DNA of 64,000 bases, from IMG/VR virus record IMGVR_UViG_3300045988_074170; one strand, given 5' to 3'. Below the pieces are notes generated by a model. The model had not been told where the DNA came from. It ran no database searches and worked only from the letters and a program-made list of their open reading frames with translations. Shown in pieces: positions 16,901-26,096 of this stretch. The position numbers and the translations under genes are program-made. The stretch comes from a virus. How positions within the stretch are numbered: the first letter of the stretch is position 1; the number at the start of each line of letters is the position of its first letter.

Positions 16901-19900
16901 TTATAACGTCAAAGTAACGATATTCGACTCGAAACAGGCTCTCAGCGTGTTCACCTCTTTACGGTTGTCGTAGGAAAGGATACCATTGATGAGTATCAGG
17001 TTCGCTCTTCCGCACGATAACAGGGGTTCCAACTGTTCGTATTCCTGCTGGAATATCACAATTTCGATGAACTCGTAGTTCTCCTCTAATATCAAACGAC
17101 ACATCGTATCCCCCTTGCGGGTCTTCTTAATCTCCATTTCAGCGATGAACCCAGCCAACACGACGTACCCGTTATTCGGCTTCACTTCCGTGTCGTGACA
17201 CTCCTCAAGAGTAGCATATTCGTAGGCATCAGGGAACTCCCCAGCGAACCTGTCATATATTTTCTGGTAATCAAAGAACGCCAGTCCGGATACTTTCTTT
17301 TGTAGGAGTGCCCACCACCACGCGTCATTGGCGTGGAAGTCGGCTCCAACTAATACAGGGTCATCTTCCTTGACATTTCCCTTCGTTGTTCCGAGGAAGT
17401 GTACAAACAGGTCTATTCGTTCCTGGGGTTTCTTTACCCCCTCAAGACTGTCGAACGCTCCTGCCAATATCAAGTTTCTGATGATACGACTGTTCACTGC
17501 TGAACCCTTCCATTTATGTCGGGTGATAAAGTCGTCTAATGACCAATATTGACCGTTCTCTGTGCGTTCCTTTATAATCTGGGTTGCAGCCTTTTCTGCG
17601 ACCTGTTTGACTCCTGTAATTGACCAATACAAGGCTTTCTCTTTGAAGTTGATAACAACATCGGTATCCGATATATTGATATCCACAGGACGTACCGTAC
17701 AGACTCCCGTTTTATTGATTTCCGCAATATAGCGTGAATAGTCAGACTCCATCGCATATTTAAACGCCACCGACCAATACTCAATAGGATAGTGAACCTT
17801 TATCCACTGAGAGATATAGCCTGTAATTGCATAGGCAGCAGCGTGGCTTCGGTTGAACAGGTACGTCGAAGCCTTATCAATAGCGTCCCACACCTTTTCG
17901 GAGTATTCCTGGGTGACGTTATAGTTGTCCCGATAGTAAGGAATAAACCGTTCTTTGTACTGCTGGAGAGCCTCGTATTTCTTCTTCACCATCGCTTTAC
18001 GAACGTCATCGGCTTCCACCAACGACAGCCCACCCAACTCACGACAGAGTTGCATGATTTGTTCCTGATAGGCAAATACTCCATACGTGTTATTCAGTAT
18101 CTTGTCCGTTCCGGTGAAATACTCAACCTCCTTCTGACCCTCTTTACGGGAGACGTACTCGTTATGGAAGTTGTTCTCCATTGCTCCTGGGCGATACAAT
18201 GAAATAGCAGCGATAAGGTCTTCAATATTGTCTGGCTTCATCTGACGACAATAACCTGTCAATCCGGAACTACCAAAGTGGAAGTTATCCTCGTTCCAAC
18301 CATTCTTGAAATACCTGTACACCTCTGGGTCATCCAACGGCACACTGAAGATGTCTAAATCCACACCCTCGTGCTCCTTCACCAGCCGAACCATGTCCTG
18401 GAACTTGTCGAACTGTTTCACACCCAGCACGTCCTCTTTTAGGAAGCCAGCAGCATCCATCTCACCACCTTCCCACTCGGTTACATACTCCTCGCCATTC
18501 TTACGAATAGGAACCCAATGAAACATATCGTGTTCCTCTGGGAATACCATCATCGCACAGGCATGAATTGACTGAGCCTTTGGTGCGGGCATTATCAGCA
18601 TCACTTCATTGATGAGGTCGGAATGTTCAACGACAAAGTTCTTCACTCGTGAATGAGCACAGGCTATCTTGAACAGGTCTTCAGGCTTCCTGTCCTTGAC
18701 GTCAAACACTTTCATCATTTCGTTCGTTTCCTGGAAGTCCAACCCGTACACACGAGCCATATCCTTGATGGCTGCTCGTAACTGTAATGCGCTGTAAGTT
18801 CCCACGGAACACACCTGTTTCCAGCCGTACCGTTCTTCCATGTATTTCTTCACACGGGGACGGTCTTCACCAGGATAGTCGCAGTCAATATCAGGGAGTG
18901 ATACCTTAACACGTCCTGCGTTCAAGAAACGCTCAAAGAGTAGGTCGTATCGCATTGGGTCTAACTTGGTAATCCCCAACAGGTAGGAGACAAGACAACC
19001 ACCAGCCGAACCACGACTGATACCCGTCATTATACCGTTACGATGGCACCAGTTGATAATGTCCCAAGTAATTAGGAAGTAGTCAATTGCTTCCCCTAAC
19101 TTTATAACACCCACCTCTCGGTCTATTCGTTCCATAATGACCTTTTCACCCCAATCCTCAATGAGGTCTGGGTGACGCTCAAGACCGTCGGCTATAAGAG
19201 ACCAAAAGAGGTCTTCATTTGTTTCGAACTGTTTTGCCTCTTCCTTTGTCATCTTATAGTGAGGCAAGTGTCTCTTCTTTACGTCGATGACAAAGGTTAT
19301 CGCCTCAGCAATGTTTTCGAGGAATTCCAACCCTTCCATGAAACGGCTGTACACGTCCATGAACCCTTCTTCGGTATCCGGAAACATTTGAGCCAACTCA
19401 ACAAACAGTTGGTCGTTCGATTTAAAGTATTGATTATCGCTCTCGTAGGCAGTTGTTCCACCAATACTATGTAGGCGAGGTCTGATACAACTGTACTCCT
19501 CGTCAAGATACCACGCATCAACCGACGGAACGGGTAACAGGTTCTTGTCCTTGAAGAATTTCTTCAGGTTCGTCAGATACCATTCGTCACGGTTATCATC
19601 TACATATTCGCATGGGTCTAACTGATAAACGGCAGCGTCTATATGCAAGTCTTTCAACTTGTCGTAATCCGTTGTCTTCGGGTCAAGAAACATAATCAAA
19701 TCATCGTTGTTAGTGGTGATTTTATTGAAATCCTCAAGACCGATGTACTTCGGATTGTCACAGTTGATGAACTTGTTTATAGTAAGGAGGTCTCGCCAAC
19801 CCTTGTCGTTCCTTGCGTACACCTTAACAGTGAAGCGGAAATCCCGAGGCTGGTCATATACCACACACTCCATACCAATCACGCTCTTGATGTCGTTCTT

Positions 19901-20401
19901 CTGGCATTCCGCTTGGAACTTCAACGCTCCGGCAAGTGAATTCTTTTCACAGATACCCAACGTCTTCACTCCAAGAAACTTTGCCTTCTTACACCAGTCG
20001 GCATACGTTCCCGTCCCGGACATCATTTCATATTGACCATGAACTCCCAAGAATACAGGGGTTTCAATTTCCTGTTTCGCCTGACCGATATATTTCAGCC
20101 GTGTGAGTTTCACGTCATTCTCTTTACCTTTGGCGAGCATATAATACACTCCTCCAAAACTGAATGCGTAGAAGTCACATGATGTTTCGACGGATTCCTC
20201 TCCCGAGCCTTTACGCTTCGGGTCGGCAGGAATACCAACAAAGTTGAACCCGTCATCAAACAGTGCACCGTCATACGCTGGCTGATACAATTCAAAGGTC
20301 TTCCCTCCTATCTCGACCACATAGTCAGAAATAGGAGCGAAGTCCATTAAATTCTTCTCAAGATATTCTTTGAATTTATCCATTGATTTTCTGCTTAACA
20401 A
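16901..20401 (-). CDS. dnaE: DNA polymerase III alpha subunit (DnaE-type C-family polymerase)
   Basis: 1166 aa. It has an N-terminal PHP-like region, PDIDCDYPGEDR (the PDID motif of the palm), RSHAAAYA, and a C-terminal OB-like region. Confidence 0.9.
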   Translation of the reverse strand: MLSRKSMDKFKEYLEKNLMDFAPISDYVVEIGGKTFELYQPAYDGALFDDGFNFVGIPADPKRKGSGEESVETSCDFYAFSFGGVYYMLAKGKENDVKLTRLKYIGQAKQEIETPVFLGVHGQYEMMSGTGTYADWCKKAKFLGVKTLGICEKNSLAGALKFQAECQKNDIKSVIGMECVVYDQPRDFRFTVKVYARNDKGWRDLLTINKFINCDNPKYIGLEDFNKITTNNDDLIMFLDPKTTDYDKLKDLHIDAAVYQLDPCEYVDDNRDEWYLTNLKKFFKDKNLLPVPSVDAWYLDEEYSCIRPRLHSIGGTTAYESDNQYFKSNDQLFVELAQMFPDTEEGFMDVYSRFMEGLEFLENIAEAITFVIDVKKRHLPHYKMTKEEAKQFETNEDLFWSLIADGLERHPDLIEDWGEKVIMERIDREVGVIKLGEAIDYFLITWDIINWCHRNGIMTGISRGSAGGCLVSYLLGITKLDPMRYDLLFERFLNAGRVKVSLPDIDCDYPGEDRPRVKKYMEERYGWKQVCSVGTYSALQLRAAIKDMARVYGLDFQETNEMMKVFDVKDRKPEDLFKIACAHSRVKNFVVEHSDLINEVMLIMPAPKAQSIHACAMMVFPEEHDMFHWVPIRKNGEEYVTEWEGGEMDAAGFLKEDVLGVKQFDKFQDMVRLVKEHEGVDLDIFSVPLDDPEVYRYFKNGWNEDNFHFGSSGLTGYCRQMKPDNIEDLIAAISLYRPGAMENNFHNEYVSRKEGQKEVEYFTGTDKILNNTYGVFAYQEQIMQLCRELGGLSLVEADDVRKAMVKKKYEALQQYKERFIPYYRDNYNVTQEYSEKVWDAIDKASTYLFNRSHAAAYAITGYISQWIKVHYPIEYWSVAFKYAMESDYSRYIAEINKTGVCTVRPVDINISDTDVVINFKEKALYWSITGVKQVAEKAATQIIKERTENGQYWSLDDFITRHKWKGSAVNSRIIRNLILAGAFDSLEGVKKPQERIDLFVHFLGTTKGNVKEDDPVLVGADFHANDAWWWALLQKKVSGLAFFDYQKIYDRFAGEFPDAYEYATLEECHDTEVKPNNGYVVLAGFIAEMEIKKTRKGDTMCRLILEENYEFIEIVIFQQEYEQLEPLLSCGRANLILINGILSYDNRKEVNTLRACFESNIVTLTL

Positions 20402-21023
20402 GTTCCGTTATATCGTCACCATCCTTACAACCCAACGACAGGAAGTATTGAGCAAACTTCTCGCTGACATGGTCATTCAATTCATAGGAGTCCGAATGAT
20501 AATCACAGAAGTATATCTGAACTTCTTTACCTGTCGCCTCGGCAACCTTGAAGATAGCCTCAGCCTCACAGTCGAAACGCAATGAGCCAAACACGATATC
20601 GCACATAAGAGCGTCTTCTTCAGACATCTTTGCCCAACTGTTCGTAACAGCGTTTGCCGTCCAACGTGCCCATACGTCTTCTCCAGCCAATGACTTGAGA
20701 TATTCGCCTGTACGCCGTAACAGTTCACGACCCTCAACCCGTACCGAGTCAAGAATATTAGGAGACTCTTCTTGAGGCTTGAACGGTAACAAGATGTCGC
20801 TGCTCAACTGTTTCCACTTCGCATACGCTTCACCCGTACAGTCAATCTTCTTTGATTCCCCTGTAAAGATGTTCATCAACGTCTGGCGAATTCCTTCACT
20901 GAAATCTCCCATAATCATGGGTCGTTCTTCACACGCAGCACCAACCATAAGTGCTTCTGCTTGGTACGATTTACCGGAGCCAATAACCCCTACCAAGCCA
21001 TATATCTTTCCTTTAAGGCTCAT
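20376..21023 (-). CDS. Deoxynucleoside monophosphate kinase-like P-loop protein (T4 gp1-like)
   Basis: Walker A GVIGSGKS. GRELLRRTGEYL / VWARW / GSLRFDCEAEAI resemble T4 Dnk blocks (SVRRLMQALG / YWVKLF / DTRQDHEMDAA). Confidence 0.5.
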   Translation of the reverse strand: MSLKGKIYGLVGVIGSGKSYQAEALMVGAACEERPMIMGDFSEGIRQTLMNIFTGESKKIDCTGEAYAKWKQLSSDILLPFKPQEESPNILDSVRVEGRELLRRTGEYLKSLAGEDVWARWTANAVTNSWAKMSEEDALMCDIVFGSLRFDCEAEAIFKVAEATGKEVQIYFCDYHSDSYELNDHVSEKFAQYFLSLGCKDGDDITELVKQKING

Positions 21024-21552
21024 ATTGATTCATGAATTTTTGAATGCTCTTGAAGAGTTTCCAGCCGTCCGTGTACTTCTCCAACAGTTGTTCGCAGTTT
21101 GTGATACAAGTCAATAACTTCTTGGACGTGTTTCCCAGAGCCTGTTCGCTCTTACAGAATATCCATAAGTCCAAATAATCACAGGTCTTGAAAAGACGGT
21201 ACTGGAGGTCAGTCATTGTCTTCTTAATTTCTTCATCGGAATACGGCAACAGGTTCACGTCGCCATAACAGATTTCGTATTCAATGATATCCCATGCCGC
21301 AGCCGTGTTCTCATTGAATTTCTTTACGCACGCATTGAGGTCGCCTGTAACACTTTCCACGTAGTCGTGGAGTAACACCTTGTCAAACACGTTGATGTCG
21401 TAAGCAACGTCCTCTTCTGAGGCAAACCAACGAAATAACATGCCTACCACCAACCCATGCTCCAAGAGGTTGTACCCCCTGTGATGGGGGGTATTAGGCA
21501 ACCTCTGGATGTCTTTCATCCCTAACAGGATGTCAATCTTCTTGAAATTCAT
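21013..21552 (-). CDS. HD-domain 5'-deoxynucleotidase (YfbR-like)
   Basis: NLLEHGLVVG...LLHDYVESVTGDLNACVKKFN closely parallels YfbR (NVSEHSLQVA...[21 protein letters not shown]). Confidence 0.7.
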   Translation of the reverse strand: MNFKKIDILLGMKDIQRLPNTPHHRGYNLLEHGLVVGMLFRWFASEEDVAYDINVFDKVLLHDYVESVTGDLNACVKKFNENTAAAWDIIEYEICYGDVNLLPYSDEEIKKTMTDLQYRLFKTCDYLDLWIFCKSEQALGNTSKKLLTCITNCEQLLEKYTDGWKLFKSIQKFMNQYEP

Positions 21553-21584
21553 AACTAAATTGTCTTTATTTTAGTGGATAATTC

Positions 21585-22703
21585 TTATCCGATGAACAGT
21601 TCGTTCAGTAACGGGTTCCGGAACTCTACCAACTGTTTTGTCCAATAACGGAAGATAACCTTTGCCCAGTCAGAGAACATCTCATCTTCAAACTTTTCAA
21701 TATCCGCACGCAATAACTCGAAGTCCTGTTCTGTACGGTTTTCACTGTTACGACAGTTTTCTTCGAACTGGCTCAACTGAGCGATAAGCGCATCGAACTC
21801 CTCTAAAGTTTTAAACGTCGTCTTATAGGAAAAGTTTACTCCGGAAGGATACGAATTTGGGTCTCTTTTAGCGATTTCTTCAGCCAACGGAATGAAGTCC
21901 TTATAGACATGAAGATTGTCTGCCTTGTGGTAATATTTCCCGACAGGCACGCCCACTATCGCTGCGACGTACTCCTGCATCAATGTAAAGTTGAACACGT
22001 TCACCGCACTGAACCCCCAGATAAGGTCATTCGAACGGATATCCACGTAACAGTTCATCTTTCCATTCACTATCATGAAGTGGATTGAACGGGTACACGG
22101 TGTATCCTTTGTGAGGAGCAATGGAGCCTTTTCCCCGTCCTCTTCATTCTGATTGAAGTTGTCAGAGATAGGGTCGTGAATTGTGATAACCGCTTCACGG
22201 GTATCGATGTCCTGCTTGAACTTTTCAATGACGAACCGTAATTGGTCAGTCACGTTCTGGTACAGTCCGGGAGCCTTCAATTTTGAATAACGACCGTTTT
22301 CGTCTGCTTTACCGTTCTTATACTGTCGCGGAAGTAACTTTCCGGACAATGTTACCATCGAATCAAAATTGTCCCCGTAACGACGTATTCTGGGTCCATA
22401 TCCCGCTCTCATGAACTTCCCATCATCTGAAAAGTTTACAAGGTTCTTCACGTAGGAAGCAGGCATCTCAAGACTGTTATCCCCACGAGCCAACCACAGG
22501 GACTCAATCCACCCCAATGTTTTGTTCCATTTACGCTCCGGAACACGAACATAGCGGTCGGTCGGATTAGTTATCTCAATGAGGACGGCTCCAGGGAACT
22601 CACGACATTCGAACCCTCTTCGGGTAACGTCAATCCCTTTATCCATCAATTCCTTACAAAGTAGCACCAGCGCACTACTCAAATTTTCTGCTTGAAAATA
22701 CAT
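21585..22703 (-). CDS. Thymidylate synthase-family enzyme, candidate dUMP hydroxymethyltransferase (or ThyA)
   Basis: TPCTRSIHFMIVNGKMNCYVDIRSNDLIWGFSAVNVFNFTLMQEYVA aligns to the ThyA core [34 protein letters not shown] (catalytic Cys, RS.D, Asn). 372 aa, with a long C-terminal extension. Confidence 0.7.
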   Translation of the reverse strand: MYFQAENLSSALVLLCKELMDKGIDVTRRGFECREFPGAVLIEITNPTDRYVRVPERKWNKTLGWIESLWLARGDNSLEMPASYVKNLVNFSDDGKFMRAGYGPRIRRYGDNFDSMVTLSGKLLPRQYKNGKADENGRYSKLKAPGLYQNVTDQLRFVIEKFKQDIDTREAVITIHDPISDNFNQNEEDGEKAPLLLTKDTPCTRSIHFMIVNGKMNCYVDIRSNDLIWGFSAVNVFNFTLMQEYVAAIVGVPVGKYYHKADNLHVYKDFIPLAEEIAKRDPNSYPSGVNFSYKTTFKTLEEFDALIAQLSQFEENCRNSENRTEQDFELLRADIEKFEDEMFSDWAKVIFRYWTKQLVEFRNPLLNELFIG

Positions 22704-22717
22704 AAGTCTTTCTTGAT

Positions 22718-23752
22718 TTAATCGATTAATAATTCTCCTGGCTTGGGCAACTTAGCATTCCACTTCGGGGGGAATACGAACTCAATCTTCTTCGGACTCT
22801 TTTCGTAGGTGTGCTTGATACGTTCATTTCTACCTTTGTTGAAAGACGCTCCTAATCCCTTTGCAAACTTCGATGTTTCACAGAAACAGTTCTGAAGATT
22901 TGTAAGAGTAGGAACAGGCTCCCACGGTAACGGGTTCCACTTCATACCTGTCTTTTCGCAGAAGTCACCCATCAGCCTTTCAAAGTTGTCGTGAACCCAC
23001 TTGATAGTGCCCACATAGTCATAACGCTTTCCGGACGCTCCGTCAAATGTCCAACCGATACCTTTCAGCGACCCTGGACCAGTGATGACAAAATCGTTTT
23101 CCGAAAAGTTAAACAGGGGTGAATAATTCAGGTCAATGCAATATTGCTGAGCCGTGAAGTCCCCGTAGATTTTCATATTCCTGAAAACCCAATACAAGTC
23201 CTCAAAGGTCTTCGCCTCTAAGAAGTCATACAAGTGTCCGTTCTGAAAGATTTCATCTTCGAAGATACGAAAGTGGGCACGATGCTTGCTCATCCCTGTA
23301 ATATGTTTATATTCGGGATATTGATAGAAGAAGCAGTTCACGATGTAGGCATTACCATATATCGTGTCTCCGCCATCAACAACCTTGTCAAGAAACTTCG
23401 CTATGTTTTCCAAGCCTGTTTCGTAGGTGATGTCCCCGAACTCCTTTTCCAACAAATCCCACGTTTCGTTCTTATTGAAATGCTTGAAAAGCAATATGCG
23501 AAAGAACATATCCTCTGGTTCATACTGTTTGCCATTGTAAATTACACGGCTCAACAGGTATTGGCTGACCCTATCCAAGCATCTATAAACATTGGTGAAC
23601 TTGAATCCCCGAAGTATTTCATCGTCTGTCCATGGTCCAACCTGTCCATTGTACTTTTTCCAGAAAATGTTTTGTCTTTCGCATATCCAATACAAAAACC
23701 AATTAAATGTTTCTAATGGAACTGGCTTAAACGATTTTATATCTTTTCCCAT
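22718..23752 (-). CDS. All-alpha protein, candidate alpha-glutamyl/putrescinyl-thymine pyrophosphorylase-like (aGPT-Pplase) DNA base hypermodification enzyme
   Basis: The N-terminal block FNWFLYWICERQNIFWKK..GPWTDDEILRGFKFTNVYRCLDRVSQYL resembles, from memory, proteins annotated as DNA base hypermodification proteins. The call rests mainly on gene context (TS-like enzyme plus P-loop kinase). Confidence 0.35.
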   Translation of the reverse strand: MGKDIKSFKPVPLETFNWFLYWICERQNIFWKKYNGQVGPWTDDEILRGFKFTNVYRCLDRVSQYLLSRVIYNGKQYEPEDMFFRILLFKHFNKNETWDLLEKEFGDITYETGLENIAKFLDKVVDGGDTIYGNAYIVNCFFYQYPEYKHITGMSKHRAHFRIFEDEIFQNGHLYDFLEAKTFEDLYWVFRNMKIYGDFTAQQYCIDLNYSPLFNFSENDFVITGPGSLKGIGWTFDGASGKRYDYVGTIKWVHDNFERLMGDFCEKTGMKWNPLPWEPVPTLTNLQNCFCETSKFAKGLGASFNKGRNERIKHTYEKSPKKIEFVFPPKWNAKLPKPGELLID

Positions 23753-24521
23753 TCGTTAATTCTCTTGATTTTATAAATTTACATAAAGATTTCCGGCACA
23801 CCCCTAAAGATTCTTTAGCAATTCCAATTGAATCAAAAGTCCTCAAAATTTCCCCTGAGTCAGAAATTTCAATCACTCTTTTAGAACGTTCCCGTTTAAA
23901 ATCTTCAGAATGATGCTTACCATAAAAAGGATTCTTTTCTCCTAATTTTGATTTAGAAAGATTTAACTTGTGAGTTTCAGAAAATTTCCTTCCCTTCCTT
24001 GCTAAAGACATTTTCAAACGAACCTCTACAGAGGCTTTCTTTCCTAAATGTGCTTTAGAAATACGCTTTCGACCCTCTTCGGTTAAATAACACTTTCCTC
24101 TTCTACTTTCCGCAGATTTTCTTATTGATTCTTTTGATGGATGATAACCCTTTCGAGCTAAAGACATATTTCTACGACCTTCTTCTGAAACTTTCCAAGA
24201 CGCACCCAATGTGCCTTCACCACCATCCGTCGTATTGTACCCGTTGCGTCGGGTGTCGTACTTCTGAATGAAGTGTCTCTCAAGGAAGTCAAGCTTCGCT
24301 TTAAGAGCCTGTAAAGAGGAAGCCTCAACCGATATGACTTCCTCTATTGTGAAGTTCTTGGAACCGTACTTTCGAATCGCTCTATGAAACTTGAGAGCGG
24401 AACCGTTGTTAGCGGAAACAACATGCTGGCGCCACCGTGCCTCAATCGACCTAACAGTTTGCCCAAAATACGGCTTTCCATTCTTTAGGCAAGTGACGCA
24501 ATATATTATCCCGCGCTCCAT
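23727..24521 (-). mobile_element. Free-standing GIY-YIG homing endonuclease gene with NUMOD3-like repeats
   Basis: GIIYCVTCLKNGKPYFGQT (GIY-YIG), RWRQH, FHRAIRKYG, YNTTDGGEG, and repeated SxEGRRxxSxARKG modules. Confidence 0.85.
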
Positions 24522-25258
24522 TATTTACCTTTCTCAAACGTTTCAAAAGAGTTTCTTTCAATGTAGTCCGACGCTTCACAGAAAGCCACGAACTCTTCAC
24601 ATAGTTCTGACAGCCCAAAGAAATTGAAAATATGAACACCCAAGTCCCAGACCGGAGCGTCATACGGTTGGTCGTGAAGAACCACACAACCGCCAGCCTC
24701 ATTCACCTCTTCTCCCTCTCTTTGAGCCTTTTCGAAGTCGTGCATAAAGGTTCTGTGCTTTCGCCACATGCAATCTCCCTTAGGAGACTCGCCAGACCTG
24801 TATGCTATCCGAGCACAATACTCATCCCATTGGTCGTCACGGTAATCATACCTGACATGGAGAATGTTCGTAAACTCACTCTCTCCGCATAAATCCAAGG
24901 GACGCAATCGCCATGATACAGTTGTTCCTGCACCATCAATCAAAACTCCATGCCCTGCCTTAGACGTTTCCTTCAAGAAGTAGGATAGACCCTCAGCCTT
25001 GCACAGTCGCGACGTCATACTGTCGTAACCTTGCCAGCGTCGGATACCGCCATTCTCATAGAATTTCCCAACGAAAACCATATTGAAGTCCTCGGAGTAA
25101 ACCCCGACTTCCTTTTCCTTTCCGTCAAGTGTCTTAAACTTGTATGGGCGGAGTTTCATACCTAATGATTCGAAGAACTCGAGGAAGAGGTAAACCCTTG
25201 TAGATTTACCGCTCCCCGAGATGCCTTTAACCAATACTATGGATTCCCCGTCAACCAT
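24521..25258 (-). CDS. P-loop kinase, candidate 5-hydroxymethyluracil DNA kinase
   Basis: Walker A GISGSGKST and Walker B-like VLIDGAG. The functional guess is from context only. Confidence 0.4.
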   Translation of the reverse strand: MVDGESIVLVKGISGSGKSTRVYLFLEFFESLGMKLRPYKFKTLDGKEKEVGVYSEDFNMVFVGKFYENGGIRRWQGYDSMTSRLCKAEGLSYFLKETSKAGHGVLIDGAGTTVSWRLRPLDLCGESEFTNILHVRYDYRDDQWDEYCARIAYRSGESPKGDCMWRKHRTFMHDFEKAQREGEEVNEAGGCVVLHDQPYDAPVWDLGVHIFNFFGLSELCEEFVAFCEASDYIERNSFETFEKGK

Positions 25259-25978
25259 TTACTTCTTCTTTGGAGTTTTCTTTGCGGGTGCAGGTTTGGC
25301 GTCCTCAGCCAGTTCCAACGCTGTTACACGTTTCTTGATAGGCTTGTCGTCACCGAACTTGACCATACACTTTTCTTTTCCGTCTCCGGACTTGTACAGG
25401 CGAGTGATTTCACCAACAGCGTCCTCGCCTTTCAGGATAACTTTCGAACCTACTTTCAGTCCCGGAATTTCTTCCGATTCTTCGAGGTTCTGACGTTTTG
25501 TTTCACGAGGAGTCTTGTCGGCTTTCGCTGACTTCTTTTCCTTCATAGACTTGTCTGATTTAGACGGAGTCTTGCGGTTTTTCTGACGTTCCTCGTACTC
25601 TGCCTCAGCCTTTGCCAAGCGTTCTTCCTCTTCCGGAGTCAGTTGTTCTTCTGACTGATAGGTAGAGTTGCGTTTGTTCTGACGTTTCATTGCTGCTTCG
25701 GGTGAACCGTCTTCAGGGTCGGGGTCTTCAGCAGCCTCTTCTTTCGCAGCTTTCTTAGGAGCAGCCTTTTTGTCAGCTTTCTTTTCAGCGACTTTCTTGG
25801 CTGGAGCTTTCTTAGGAGCTTCCTCTTCTTGAGCGGTTTCGCCACCTAATTTGTCAAGGAACTCTTGAGCTACCTTAACTTCCAATTCACTTGAATTTTC
25901 ATCATTGATGATTTCTTCGAGCTTTTCAGCATCGAACTTTCTGTACTTCATCCGAAGTGCTAATGCATTACTTGCCAT
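25259..25978 (-). CDS. Lys/Ala/Glu-rich low-complexity protein with small C-terminal beta domain (possible DNA-binding protein)
   Basis: KKAPAKKVAEKKADKKAAPKKAAKEE histone-H1-like tracts. The C-terminal KVGSKVILKGEDAVGEITRLYKSGDGKEKCMVKFGDDK looks like a KOW/Tudor-like barrel. Preceded by a promoter-like motif. Confidence 0.45.
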   Translation of the reverse strand: MASNALALRMKYRKFDAEKLEEIINDENSSELEVKVAQEFLDKLGGETAQEEEAPKKAPAKKVAEKKADKKAAPKKAAKEEAAEDPDPEDGSPEAAMKRQNKRNSTYQSEEQLTPEEEERLAKAEAEYEERQKNRKTPSKSDKSMKEKKSAKADKTPRETKRQNLEESEEIPGLKVGSKVILKGEDAVGEITRLYKSGDGKEKCMVKFGDDKPIKKRVTALELAEDAKPAPAKKTPKKK

Positions 25979-26041
25979 AATCGTTTTTACTTTTAATTAT
26001 TAAAATTGTTTTTCTGTGATGTTTTATCACTTATCTCGCTA

Positions 26042-26049
26042 CAAATATA
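26042..26049 (-). promoter_or_regulatory. -7 box TAtaTTTG with upstream TTCGGGGA element
   Basis: TATATTTG on the minus strand, 64 nt upstream of the ATG at 25978. The -33 is degenerate (TTTTCG). A CGGGG element lies 36 nt upstream, as in the promoters at 7033 and 16266. Confidence 0.4.
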
Positions 26050-26096
26050 ACTGGAAATTTTCGAAAAGGTTTAATTTTCTCCCCGAAAAATCGAAA

